Shown: piece by piece, positions 52,050 through 64,000 of the stretch
Layout of the letters: every line of letters begins with the position of its first letter
How positions within the stretch are numbered: the first letter of the stretch is position 1
DNA from: Octopus bimaculoides
Taxonomy: Eukaryota
DNA: 64,000 bases
NCBI RefSeq assembly: GCF_001194135.2
Contig: NC_068996.1
Location: 9,263,273-9,327,272 of the forward strand
Direction: 5' to 3'
The notes under the pieces: generated by a model
Databases searched by the model: none
What the model saw: only the letters and a program-made list of their open reading frames with translations
Told to the model about the DNA's origin: nothing
Program-made: the position numbers and the translations under genes

Positions 52050-52385
52050 TATATGCTTCCTAACTACATGGTTCCAAGTTCAGTCCCACTGAGTGGCTCC
52101 TAGCGCAAGTGTCTTCCACCTGAGTTTGAGGCTGACCAAAGCCTTGTGAGTAGATTTAGTAGATGGAAATAGAAAGAAACCTGTCATATAGGCATGTGTT
52201 TGTGTCTGTGTTTGTCCCCTATCGCTGCTGGACAACCGGTATTGGTGTTTATGTCCCCATATCTTAGTGATTTGGCAAAAGTGACCAATAGAATAAGTAC
52301 TGGGGTTGATTAATTCAACTAAAAGTTCTTCAAGGTGATGCCCTAGCATGGTCACAGTCTAATGACTGAAACAAGTTAAAGATAT
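52050..52385 (+). mobile_element. SINE family A
   Basis: Head, short central repeat and tail. Confidence 0.8.
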
Positions 52386-52431
52386 ATCCTCATGTTCTAT
52401 TCATCTGGTTTATTCTACCAAACTACACATG

Positions 52432-52475
<44 letters not shown>

Positions 52476-53422
52476 AAATAAAAGAATATGACTAGTGTTG
52501 TATTTTGTCTAAATTATTCTACACATATACATGGCCATTTTCATTATGTAACTGCTTATTTGTTCATAAATCCTTACAGCTTCTGTCAACTGTTCAAAAT
52601 GCCTGAAGAAATGGTTTGGTTATGTAATTCACATTATGAAATTTCATATTATGTAACACATTTATGAACAAATAAATAGCTATGCTATGGAAATGTGCAT
52701 AGCATACTTTGAATAAAACATACACTTTATTCATATTATTTTATTATATTAACACTGTGTTACATGTACAGAATGTGTTGCTACAAACAATGGATTCATG
52801 GCATACTTAACCCCTTGACTCCATAATTAAATTTCATGGTTATTCCTGTCTACTTCTGCAATATTTCTTTCAGTACCTGCTATAAGAACAGCTTTCACAT
52901 CCACCACTAAGACTATTTGATTCTTATTCTTTATAGAGATACTTGATGAAATATGTGCAAAAATTTAGAAAATCAGAAAAATTGTCTTTTTGCAAAAAGT
53001 TTAATTGGTGTCTCTACTTCTCACGGAATTCTTTCTTGTTTCTTTGTTTGTTCTTTTTTTTTTTTTTTTTTCAAAGCATATGGGGTAGAAACTGCCTTCT
53101 GCAAGTAACAGTCATACAATTTTGAGTGGATATATCTGCTTGTCACATTCAAAGGATTAATGCAATTCAACTGGTTAATATGCATTGCTTGTCTGTTAAC
53201 TGAATGGTAGATAATAAATATTACTGGTCGTACTCCTGGGTACCCTGTTAGCCAAATACACACCGGAGTACGAATGAGTTAATTGCCTGGATTGTTTAGA
53301 TCCACACCACTTAACAGGTATGTGTGTATGTATGTATGTATATGCATATATGTATATGTGTATATAAATATGCATATGTATATATAATATATATATGTGT
53401 GTATTATATATGTACCTGTGTA

Positions 53423-53489
<67 letters not shown>

Positions 53490-53738
53490 GCTGTTGTTGT
53501 GGTTGCTAGTGTTAGAGCTGCTAATGCTACAAAGTATTGCTATTATATAAAGGTAGCAGTTTGTATGTTATGTATTGGTATGTAAGTGGAGGTAGGACGG
53601 GGTTGATACTATACTTTCCAACTTCAATCTGATCTTTAGCTATGTTAAGATGCAACTGTCAAGATGTGATTGATCTTGTATGGTGTAGTATACTGTGCCG
53701 GTTAGCTTGTGTTTCTATGTGTGTGGAATATATATATA

Positions 53739-53797
<59 letters not shown>

Positions 53798-54774
53798 NNN
53801 NNNNNNNNNNNNNNNNNNNNNNNNNNNNNNNNNNNNNNNNNNNNNNNNNNNNNNNNNNNNNNNNNNNNNNNNNNNNNNNNNNNNNNNNNNNNNNNNNNNN
53901 NNNNNNNNNNNNNNNNNNNNNNNNNNNNNNNNNNNNNNNNNNNNNNNNNNNNNNNNNNNNNNNNNNNNNNNNNNNNNNNNNNNNNNNNNNNNNNNNNNNN
54001 NNNNNNNNNNNNNNNNNNNNNNNNNNNNNNNNNNNNNNNNNNNNNNNNNNNNNNNNNNNNNNNNNNNNNNNNNNNNNNNNNNNNNNNNNNNNNNNNNNNN
54101 NNNNNNNNNNNNNNNNNNNNNNNNNNNNNNNNNNNNNNNNNNNNNNNNNNNNNNNNNNNNNNNNNNNNNNNNNNNNNNNNNNNNNNNNNNNNNNNNNNNN
54201 NNNNNNNNNNNNNNNNNNNNNNNNNNNNNNNNNNNNNNNNNNNNNNNNNNNNNNNNNNNNNNNNNNNNNNNNNNNNNNNNNNNNNNNNNNNNNNNNNNNN
54301 NNNNNNNNNNNNNNNNNNNNNNNNNNNNNNNNNNNNNNNNNNNNNNNNNNNNNNNNNNNNNNNNNNNNNNNNNNNNNNNNNNNNNNNNNNNNNNNNNNNN
54401 NNNNNNNNNNNNNNNNNNNNNNNNNNNNNNNNNNNNNNNNNNNNNNNNNNNNNNNNNNNNNNNNNNNNNNNNNNNNNNNNNNNNNNNNNNNNNNNNNNNN
54501 NNNNNNNNNNNNNNNNNNNNNNNNNNNNNNNNNNNNNNNNNNNNNNNNNNNNNNNNNNNNNNNNNNNNNNNNNNNNNNNNNNNNNNNNNNNNNNNNNNNN
54601 NNNNNNNNNNNNNNNNNNNNNNNNNNNNNNNNNNNNNNNNNNNNNNNNNNNNNNNNNNNNNNNNNNNNNNNNNNNNNNNNNNNNNNNNNNNNNNNNNNNN
54701 NNNNNNNNNNNNNNNNNNNNNNNNNNNNNNNNNNNNNNNNNNNNNNNNNNNNNNNNNNNNNNNNNNNNNNNNNN
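53798..54774. other. Assembly gap (largest of seven: also 9869-10331, 21035-21354, 34949-35058, 46719-47495, 59490-59645, 60097-60814)
   Basis: Runs of N, most bounded by (TA)n, (CT)n or other simple repeats. Confidence 0.99.
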
Positions 54775-54825
<51 letters not shown>

Positions 54826-54827
54826 AT

Positions 54828-55098
54828 ATGAGCGAGGTCGTTGCCAGTGCCACTGGACTGGCTCCTGTGCAGGTGGCACGTAAAAACACCATTTTGAGCA
54901 TGGCCATTGCACGTAAAAGCGCCCACTACACTCTCAGAGTGGTTGGCATTAGGAAGGGCATTCAACTGTAGAAACTCTGCCAGATCAGATTGGAGTCTGG
55001 TGCAGCCATCTGGTTCACCAGTCCTCAGTCAAATCGTCCAACACATACTAGCATGGAAAGTGGACGTTAAACGATGATGATGATGATGATGATGATGA
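54828..55098 (+). mobile_element. RTE 3' UTR/tail with long (ATG)n
   Basis: Same structure as 50925-51256. Confidence 0.85.
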
Positions 55099-55642
55099 TA
55101 TATATATGTGTGTGTATGTAAGCATTTCAACTACTGTCTATACTGCCATGGTTTCTATGATAGAATACCCTTCCTAACAGTAACTACATAATGATCAATT
55201 GGTAAATATGAGTGGATAAAGGATAAAAACGATGGACAGATGTCAAGTATGAGTGCTCAGAGGAGAGGGAGTGATGACTGCCAGTACATAAATGAGGGCA
55301 TGAAATAGTTTGAAGTAGCAGATTCCAATTTCATTTCATAATCACAGCTCCATAATAACACAATGTAGATGAGAGAATTGTAGAGGAAAGGAGTGATAAA
55401 GAGAAGTGTGCGGTTAAGTGCCAGGGGTGTGAGGGGGAGGGGAGAATTGAGAGGTGGGTAAAATGGGAGTGGAGTGATGATAATTAGGAGGATTGCAAGT
55501 CGATAGGAAGTGACTCTGATGAGTGACCCAGTTGTTTGGATAAGGGGGAAGAGAAAAAAAGTAGTTGTAGACTTAACAAAGACATTCTTTGAGAGAACCA
55601 GCTGTGTGGATAATGTACACACACACACGTTTCCACAACTTC

Positions 55643-55870
55643 GGCGAGCTGGCAGAATCGTTAGCACGCCGGGCGAAATGCTTAGTGGTATTTCGTCTGC
55701 CGCTACATTCTGAGTTCAAATTCCGCCGAGGTCGACTTTGCCTTTCATCCTTTCAGGGTCGATTAAATAAGTACCAGTTACGCACTGGGGTCGATATTAT
55801 CGACTTAATCCGTTTGACTGTCCTTGTTTGTCCCCTCTGTGTGTAGCCCCTTGTGGGTAGTAAAGAAATA
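55643..55870 (+). mobile_element. SINE family B, young full-length copy, 18-bp TSD
   Basis: acacgtttccacaacttc at 55625-55642 and 55871-55888. B-box is gagttcaaattcc. CpGs are retained. Confidence 0.95.
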
Positions 55871-56433
55871 ACACGTTTCCACAACTTCGCTAGTGTGTGT
55901 GTGTGTGGTTGAGAAGCTTTCTTTCCAAGCATTGCTCTTGGGTCTTAGGTTCACTTCCACTGCATCGCACCATGTGCAAATATCTACTACTACAGGTTTG
56001 GGTTAACCAAAACATTGAGTAAATTCAGTAGACAGAAACTGCAAGAATGCTTTTGTGTTTGTGTGTGTGTGTTTGGTGTACCCTTACTTTGACATGTGAT
56101 GAACATCACTGTCATATATGTGGAAGTTGTCCATTTCCAGTCTGCTGTAGAAAACATCATGGGAAACATTATCTTGCTTGGAAACAGCTGAGTGAGGGAT
56201 GGCAACAAGTGGGGCATCTGACTGTAAGAAATCTACCTCAAACAAATTCCGTCTGACCCATGTAAGCTTGGAACGTCATCATCATCATCATTATATATTC
56301 AGGGTGTCTGTAAATTTCTTTTACAGTTTAAAAAATTCAGAAAAACATTTGTCATACTGAAGTTGCACCACTTGCATCCAAGAGATATTTTCCAATAAGA
56401 TGCTGCTCCACCCTATTGATGAGATTGAATGTT

Positions 56434-56559
56434 CAGTCCCACTGCGTGGCACCTTGGGCAAGTGTCTTCTACTATAGCCTTGGGCCGACCAAAGCCTTAT
56501 GAGTGGATTTGGTAGACGGAAACTGAAAGAAGCCTGTCGTATATATGTATGTGTGTGTG

Positions 56560-56590
<31 letters not shown>

Positions 56591-56796
56591 ATATGTTTGT
56601 GTGTCTGTGTTAGTCCCCCAACATCACTTGACAACCGATGTTGGTGTGTTTATGTCCCCATAACTTAGCGGTTTGGCAAAAGAGACCGATAGAATAAGTA
56701 CTGAGCTAACAAAGAATAAGTCCTGGGTTCGATTTGCTTGACTAAAAGGCAGTGTTCCAGCATGGCCACAGTCAAATGACTGAAACAGGTAAAAGA

Positions 56797-56798
<2 letters not shown>
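56434..56798 (+). mobile_element. SINE family A, 5'-clipped
   Basis: Starts at the B-box gttcagtccc; full tail present. Confidence 0.9.
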
Positions 56799-56837
<39 letters not shown>

Positions 56838-57089
56838 GCATAGCTCAGGGTTCCTGTTGCTGTTTTGTTATGGTTTAAGAACTCTAATTATGTTGTTGTT
56901 TTGACTGATTTGCTTTTATTGGAACAATTTAAAGTCAGGCATCATGGTTTCCTGTATATCTGGGAAAATTATTAATGCATTAAATAATCTTCTTTTGGTG
57001 TTATCATGGTTGTTGTTGTTGTTCTTGTTGTTGCATAATGCCAAGTCTGTCTTGATCAACCTCATATATTACCTTTTGTTTCATGTTTT

Positions 57090-57316
57090 ATCTTTTACCT
57101 GTTTCATTCGTTGGACTGTGGCCATGCTGGGGCACCAGCTTGAAGGGTTTAGTCAAACAAATTGACCCACAATTCTTGTTTTCTAAGCCTGTTACTTATT
57201 TTATCCATCTCTTTTGCAAACAAACCAACACCAGGTGTCAAGTGCTGGGACAAACACAGACAAAAAATGCACACACACACATAAATGCATACACACGTAC
57301 ACACACACATACACTC

Positions 57317-57363
<47 letters not shown>

Positions 57364-57620
57364 TGAATAATAATAAAAAGACACAAAGACAATATAAAAA
57401 CAACAAATGCTGTATTAGTTTATTGCTCAGGAAAAATGGAAGAAATCTTTAATATTTCAAACACATAGATGATGGGCTTCTTTCAGTTTCCATCTACCAA
57501 AACCACTAACAAGGCTTTGGTCAGTCCAATGCTATAATTGAAAACACTTACCCAAGGTATCACACTGTGAGATTGAACCCAAAACCATGTGGTTAGGAAA
57601 CAAACTTCATACTACACAGC
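57090..57620 (-). mobile_element. SINE family A with expanded central microsatellite
   Basis: Tail at about 57090-57260, head at about 57470-57620. Confidence 0.75.
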
Positions 57621-58469
57621 TTGTGCGTATGTAGTCAAGACATTTCATTTTGGCCCTTTATTCGAGCTTCCTGTATTTAGGGTGGTTATGCTCAAACTGC
57701 AGCTCACTGGACTTTTTGAATGGCAAACCTAAACAACAAATTACTTTGTATATTTGTAGCAATGAGACATATCCCAATTCAGCCCTTTTCTCGGAAAGGG
57801 TTGCCCGTGGTTGATCTAGAACATTACTTAGCATCCTTTAACAAAAATTGAAAAAAAAAAAAAAAACACTTGTGATTTGAGAAGTATTTATTTGGCTGCT
57901 ATTTCTAGCAAGTCATTTAACTTGCCAGAATCTTCCTTGTTTTGTTGGTGACCTGTGTACTTTTATAGTACCACAAATAGTTTAGCCTTGTAAAAGACCT
58001 TGCTCTGGCAAACACAATGCTATGGATAGTTAGTCAGTGATATTGTTGTTGTTTTTTTGTATTTTAATAAGTTTTTTTTTTCAAGGTTGTGTTGGTATTC
58101 TAACACAAATTAGAAGCAATGTAAAAAATTCTCCACTTAATACTGATAAATAAATAAATAAATAAGAATAAAAATAAAAATAAAAAGTCACAATTTGCAA
58201 TTTTTTTTTTTACTTTTACATATTTTTCTTTATTTCTGTGACCTAAATTATTTATTCATTGTCAACGCTGGTGCACTAATATTAAATATTATTACATACT
58301 TGAGATTTCTAAGATGTGGCGTGAATTTAAGATGTGATGTACACTTTTCTAAAAAAATATAAGACATCTTTGAATGAAGTGTTAAATTACAGTGAGGTGA
58401 GTAAGTGTGTCTAAGATGTTTTAATTCACCTAAATGACCCAGTGTCCAGACCTAGTTGTTTAATGGTTT

Positions 58470-58880
58470 CAAATTGTGCCACAAGGGCAGCAATTTTGTG
58501 GGGAGTGGATGAGTTGATTACATTGATCCCAGTACTCAACTGGTACTTATTTTATCGACCCTGAAAGGTAAAGTCGACTTCAGTGGAATTTGAACTTAGT
58601 ATGTGGCGAAGAGCGAAATACTGCTAAGCCTTTCATCCCTGCATGCTAACGATTCTTATTTCTTTATTGCCCACAAGGGGCTAAACATAGAGGGGACAGA
58701 CAAATGGGTTAAGTCAATTACATCGACCCCAGTGTTCATCTGGTACTTATCTAATCGACCCTGAAAGGATGAAAGGCAAAATCGACCTCGGCGGAATTTG
58801 AACTCAGAACATAGTGACAGATAAAATACCGGTATGCATTTCGCCCGGTGTGCTAATGATTCTGCCAGCTTGCCACCTTA
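58470..58880 (-). mobile_element. Two tandem SINE family B copies
   Basis: The core aaaggcaaaRtcgac...ggaatttgaactYag occurs twice. Confidence 0.8.
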
Positions 58881-58912
58881 ATAATAATAATAATAAGTGG
58901 CAATAGGCTAGA

Positions 58913-59176
58913 AATGGTTTAATGCTGCTGGTCGGATACCAATTCCCCTAAGACTGCTCCTAGTTCTGGGATATAAATTCCTGGTTTAAAAAAAAAAAAT
59001 AATCATCTAAATTAAAAAAAGAAACTTTCCGTCAAAATTTCATGTTTGTATTTTACGTTGCAAACACCAGTTTTAATATCAACAAAGTTATTTTTACTAA
59101 ATTCTACATAATTTTTCAAAATTAACCGAAACGAATGAAGTGCGTTTCAACAGAAATAAAATGACAAAAGGTTTGA
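58913..59176 (+). mobile_element. MITE family 2, diverged
   Basis: Internal match to 13792-14021; right end atgacaaaaggtttgaa. Confidence 0.55.
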
Positions 59177-59714
59177 ACAGTAAAAGACTTGGTTTTGAGG
59201 CTAAGTTGTTGGTGTTATGTAATTTGATGAAAGGGGGGAGGTGTTTGCCAGCATGCTTATTTAGATAGAGATGAAGTTTTCTCTTTGTGTTGCCTCTGAG
59301 ACTCAGAGGTGCTTGATGGGTCATCACCACCTCCATCATTATCATCATCATCATTGTTGTCATCATCATCGTGTGTGGCTTAGTAACAGCTGCTTGGATC
59401 CCTAAAATATGAGGATTGTCTGTCAGGCAGTAGAAGTGTGACATGACATCCTCATCATAATCTCTCCAACCCCCCAACCCCCCTTCACTNNNNNNNNNNN
59501 NNNNNNNNNNNNNNNNNNNNNNNNNNNNNNNNNNNNNNNNNNNNNNNNNNNNNNNNNNNNNNNNNNNNNNNNNNNNNNNNNNNNNNNNNNNNNNNNNNNN
59601 NNNNNNNNNNNNNNNNNNNNNNNNNNNNNNNNNNNNNNNNNNNNNACATTTACTGCGTCCACTGCTACCACCAACATCTAAGCCAACAGCTTCATATCCA
59701 CCAACATCAGCACC

Positions 59715-59746
<32 letters not shown>

Positions 59747-60046
59747 CAACAACAACAGCTACTATAGCACCACCACTGCATACACCAACATTACCAACCT
59801 TGACTGATACCACCATCATACCCACCAACACTATCGCCACCTCCACAACACCACCATCTCCTCCAACACTACCAATGCCACCATCTTCACCAACATCTAT
59901 ACTTCCACCACCACCACCACCATTGTCATTATTAGTTGTAAAATGCTGGAAACAACAAAACAAAAACTATGTACCTCTTCCTCTCCTCCCTCTTGAATCA
60001 GCATCTTGTCTTATTCAGCTGTTTGTCTCTTTCTTTCTTTCTCTCT

Positions 60047-60096
<50 letters not shown>

Positions 60097-61482
60097 NNNN
60101 NNNNNNNNNNNNNNNNNNNNNNNNNNNNNNNNNNNNNNNNNNNNNNNNNNNNNNNNNNNNNNNNNNNNNNNNNNNNNNNNNNNNNNNNNNNNNNNNNNNN
60201 NNNNNNNNNNNNNNNNNNNNNNNNNNNNNNNNNNNNNNNNNNNNNNNNNNNNNNNNNNNNNNNNNNNNNNNNNNNNNNNNNNNNNNNNNNNNNNNNNNNN
60301 NNNNNNNNNNNNNNNNNNNNNNNNNNNNNNNNNNNNNNNNNNNNNNNNNNNNNNNNNNNNNNNNNNNNNNNNNNNNNNNNNNNNNNNNNNNNNNNNNNNN
60401 NNNNNNNNNNNNNNNNNNNNNNNNNNNNNNNNNNNNNNNNNNNNNNNNNNNNNNNNNNNNNNNNNNNNNNNNNNNNNNNNNNNNNNNNNNNNNNNNNNNN
60501 NNNNNNNNNNNNNNNNNNNNNNNNNNNNNNNNNNNNNNNNNNNNNNNNNNNNNNNNNNNNNNNNNNNNNNNNNNNNNNNNNNNNNNNNNNNNNNNNNNNN
60601 NNNNNNNNNNNNNNNNNNNNNNNNNNNNNNNNNNNNNNNNNNNNNNNNNNNNNNNNNNNNNNNNNNNNNNNNNNNNNNNNNNNNNNNNNNNNNNNNNNNN
60701 NNNNNNNNNNNNNNNNNNNNNNNNNNNNNNNNNNNNNNNNNNNNNNNNNNNNNNNNNNNNNNNNNNNNNNNNNNNNNNNNNNNNNNNNNNNNNNNNNNNN
60801 NNNNNNNNNNNNNNGTGGTCTTCTCTGTCTTCTTCTCGTCATCATCATCATCATCATCATCATTATAATAATTAGGCAGTGAATTGGCAGAATCATTAGC
60901 ATACCATAAAAAAATGTTTAGCAGCATTTTGTGAGTCTCTGTGTCCTGAGTTCAAATTCCGCTGAGGCTAACTTTGCCTTTCATCCTTTCAGGGTCAATA
61001 AATTGAGTACCAGTCAAGTACTGGGGTTCGATTTGTGTGTGTGGGGTGGGAGGCTGTTGTTGTTATTCGGTCAGTATTGATCAAGCGGACATATGACCAC
61101 AAGCATTCCAGCTGTGACAGTCCTGTTTTATTTCTATGTGCAGAAGCAAGCCCTAGGTCACATTACCCAGCATGTCACTTTCTAAGGCAGTAGGTGTGAC
61201 TTGAGGGAGACTTGGCTGCGATTTCTGGCACAAAGAGGCTCTTCTATCAGCTCAGTATGATTTATCGGTACTATTTCATGGAAATGGAAAGCACCATCGA
61301 TGGGGGAAGGGGTTGTGGGATTCAAACTCAGTGTATTGGATTAATGAATAAAGGCTAAAAAGGTAAGTCAATCCAGCTCAGTATTGAAGTATAAGAATAT
61401 TCTGCATGAAATAACAACTTTGCGAAGTTTGGAATCATTAGCACTATTTCAAGCTCTACATTACACACTGCATTACTCTCTT

Positions 61483-61880
61483 TTACTCTTTTAGTTGTTT
61501 CAGTCCCTTGACTGTGGCCATGCTGGAGCACTGCCTTTTAGTCGAGCAAATCGACCCCAGGACTTATTCTTTATAAGCCTGGTACTTATTCTATCGGTCT
61601 CTTTTGCCGAACCGCTAAGTTACGGTGACGTAAACACACCAGCAATCGGTTGTCAAGCGATGTTGGGGGGCTTCTTTCAGTTTCCATCTACCAAATTCAC
61701 TCACAAGGCTTTGGTCAGCCCGAGGCTATAGTAGAAGACACTTGCCCAAGGTGCCACGCAGCGAGAATGNNNNNNNNNNAGGCTATAGTAGAAGACACTT
61801 GCCCAAGGTGCCACGCAGCGAGAATGAACCCGGAACCATGTGGTTTGTAAGCAAGCTACTTACCACACAGCCACTCCTGC
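61483..61880 (-). mobile_element. SINE family A lacking the central microsatellite
   Basis: gttggggggc joins directly to ttctttcagtttcc. Confidence 0.85.
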
Positions 61881-62117
61881 ACACATTTACACTAGATTAC
61901 ATACTATACTGCACTGAATATCTGTATTTTACATAGTCTTACTTTGCATTTGTGCATATGAGCTAATGAGCTGGCCATTATTTTGACACTAAAAATAGTG
62001 GTTAAATCTATCTATCTCTCTCTCCCTTTCTTTCTTCCCCCCTCTCTCTCTTTCTTTCTCCCCCCCCCCTCTCACAATTTAAACCNNNNNNNNNNTCCCC
62101 CCTCTCTCTCTTTCTTT

Positions 62118-62351
62118 CTCCCCCCCCCCTCTCACAATTTAAACCAGCCATATCCAGACCCAAATACTCTACCTGTTTTATGTTGAAACCAGCCAGATCT
62201 GACTTCTCACACCTACGCTACAATGTCATTCTAAAAATATACAATCATGTCATCAAAATCTCAAAGCTGTGAGATAATGCATTATTAATTAAAAACAATT
62301 GAATAAATAGTCATTACATTTCACAGACTAATCTGAAAGCTAAAGGCTTAA
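62118..62351 (+). mobile_element. MITE family 1, left TIR missing
   Basis: Internal match; right end gctaaaggcttaa. Confidence 0.75.
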
Positions 62352-62449
62352 TTTAATCATAGGTAGATGTTCTGTGTCTGAATAAAAGACAGGACTGGAA
62401 CACTTCTGACCACCAGTGTTCCAGTCCTGTCTTTGACCACCAGTGTTCG

Positions 62450-62640
62450 CCATCATTGGCAGTCCTGTGGAGGATGCATTCTCACTAGTAGGCCCTTAGA
62501 AAGTGTAGTTCTTTTGCATTCTGCAAGATGATGTCAAGCCTCAGGAGATCTTCCTTAATCACGTCCAGCCATCTGGTGTGAGGCCCACCAACAGAGCCTC
62601 TTGCACCTCACAGCTGCTGCACAGTTGAGAGATTCATTTT
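62450..62640 (-). mobile_element. Old RTE-type ORF C-terminal fragment
   Basis: Minus strand GARGSVGGPHTRWLDVIKEDLLRLDI resembles GxRxRGRPxxRWxDxIxxDL. Confidence 0.55.
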
Positions 62641-63085
62641 GAAATCAAAAGGTCTCAGTTTTAACCCTTTGCCTGTCCTGTTTATCTCCTGTGATAAGCA
62701 AGGACATATTTCCCTACTGTCTCAGCATCCTGTATGTGATACACATTCACATATTTTTTTTTGCAACCACCGGAGTAACTTGGGATTTATTAAAAGAAAG
62801 CTTTGTATTACTCAGAATACATGAAACAGGGGCTAACTCATAATCTGAAAACAACCATGCTTGTATGCGTATGCATACGTGTGTGTGTGTGTGTATTGAT
62901 ACGTGTATGTGTGTATGTATATGTTCTTTGTTATCTATGCTTGTATACGTATATTGTGTATGTATGTGCTTATGTAACTTTGCTTCATATATGTGATTGG
63001 TTGCTTGACACATTCCTACCTCCCCTACCCTTTCTTGGTTTTCGAAACCAAGAAAAATGTATGAATTTTTCCTGGTTTCCCTCAG

Positions 63086-63150
63086 CAAATTTTTTACAAC
63101 AATGGACTGAAAATCTGTGTAGCGCCTTAAAGTTACATAATACACATTTG
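63086..63150 (+). CDS. Candidate internal coding exon of an unidentified host gene (xNFLQQWTENLCSALKLHNTHL)
   Basis: Acceptor tttttcctggtttccctcag and donor TTG/gtaagt; only one open frame; phase 1 to 0. Confidence 0.5.
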
Positions 63151-63925
63151 GTAAGTCTTTTGAAATGTGTAGTACGTAAGTACCTATCGCATTCCCTTCA
63201 CCCACAGACTGTGTGTATGTGTGTTTTGTGTGTGCTCCTGTCTTTATGTTATGCTTGTAAACAAGCATCACCATATTAGAAGCAATGTTATTTGTGAAAA
63301 TATATCTGATCATAGGGAAATATTACTTCACCTGGAAACAGGTTAGAGTTGGTAATAGGAAAGGCATCCAGCTATTGAAAATTTGCCTCAACAATTTCCA
63401 TTTGAACAGTACAAGCATGGCAAAGTGGACGTTAGATGGTGAAGATGATGGTTAAGTTGACGACTATGATGATGACTATAAACAAAGATTTTATCCACCA
63501 AATGATGTTACATCTCAGTATCTGGTTGGTTTAAGTAAAGCAATGAATTCCTCCATCACCTGATACTTTAATGTGTTATAAATGCAATACCTGGTTTAAG
63601 TAAATGAGAACAACTCCCCCCAACCATATGATACACTGTTAAAGGGAAATAGAACCACAAACATTCACTTACATTCATTTAAGAAAAACAATGAAGAGCT
63701 TGTAAAATTAACAAAAGTTAATATTTTTACTTTTATAACACCAAACTGGAATTAGATTTTATGTTTGTACAATTTAATTTAATAAAGTCACTAATTAGGT
63801 CTCGGGTGATCTGTTACTTTCCTGCTAACAAATAAAGCTCGTTAATGCAAGCAATAAGCGTGATGGGGCTCGGTGTAATAATCTCACTATCACCGTTAAT
63901 TAAAGAGACCTTTCTTCAGAAATAG

Positions 63926-63983
63926 TACTGTCATGAAACAGAGAATCAAGTGTTGCTAAGATCTGCAAATGAGTTAGCAATTG
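63926..63983 (+). CDS. Candidate next coding exon (YCHETENQVLLRSANELAI-G)
   Basis: Acceptor tttcttcagaaatag and donor TTG/gtaagt; phase 0 start is compatible with the previous exon. Confidence 0.45.
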
Positions 63984-64000
63984 GTAAGTCTGATTCCATA

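Noticed and set aside
53642-54971. The longest ORFs in the track (about 400 aa), and similar ones at 9698, 20933, 46676 and 59800
   Set aside because: They run through N gaps and simple repeats and are artefacts.
59650-59930. Pro/Thr- or Gly/Val-rich ORFs
   Set aside because: They come from degenerate (ACC/AAC)n microsatellite.
63086-63983. Faint register similarity of the joined peptide to the dymeclin N-terminus, as I recall it
   Set aside because: Only a few scattered identities, and the conserved TGN motif is absent; no gene symbol is assigned.

Overview
This is AT-rich, microsatellite-dense eukaryotic DNA with seven large N gaps and four 10-N gaps. The repeat repertoire points to an octopus genome; that assignment is an inference from repeat families, not a search result. 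There is no intact long ORF, CRISPR array or true rRNA/tRNA gene. The window is mostly a retroposon landscape. It holds at least five tRNA-headed SINE families, many 5'-truncated RTE 3' ends with (ATG)n tails, and a 1.45 kb CR1-clade RT fragment. It also holds two different R4/Dong-type endonuclease fragments, a Penelope-like GIY-YIG remnant, two mariner remnants and two TTAA-CCC (piggyBac-like) MITE families. Two phase-compatible plus-strand exons near the right end suggest much of the window may be intronic to an unidentified gene. The most notable observations are: (1) the commonest SINE shares its 3' tail with the CR1 fragment, including a covarying 5-bp/4-nt stem-loop; (2) a tRNA-like head joined to a degenerate Penelope-type hammerhead tail lies directly after the Penelope ORF; (3) an 88-nt hairpin has pri-miRNA-like geometry. 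SINE family letters A-E are my own labels.
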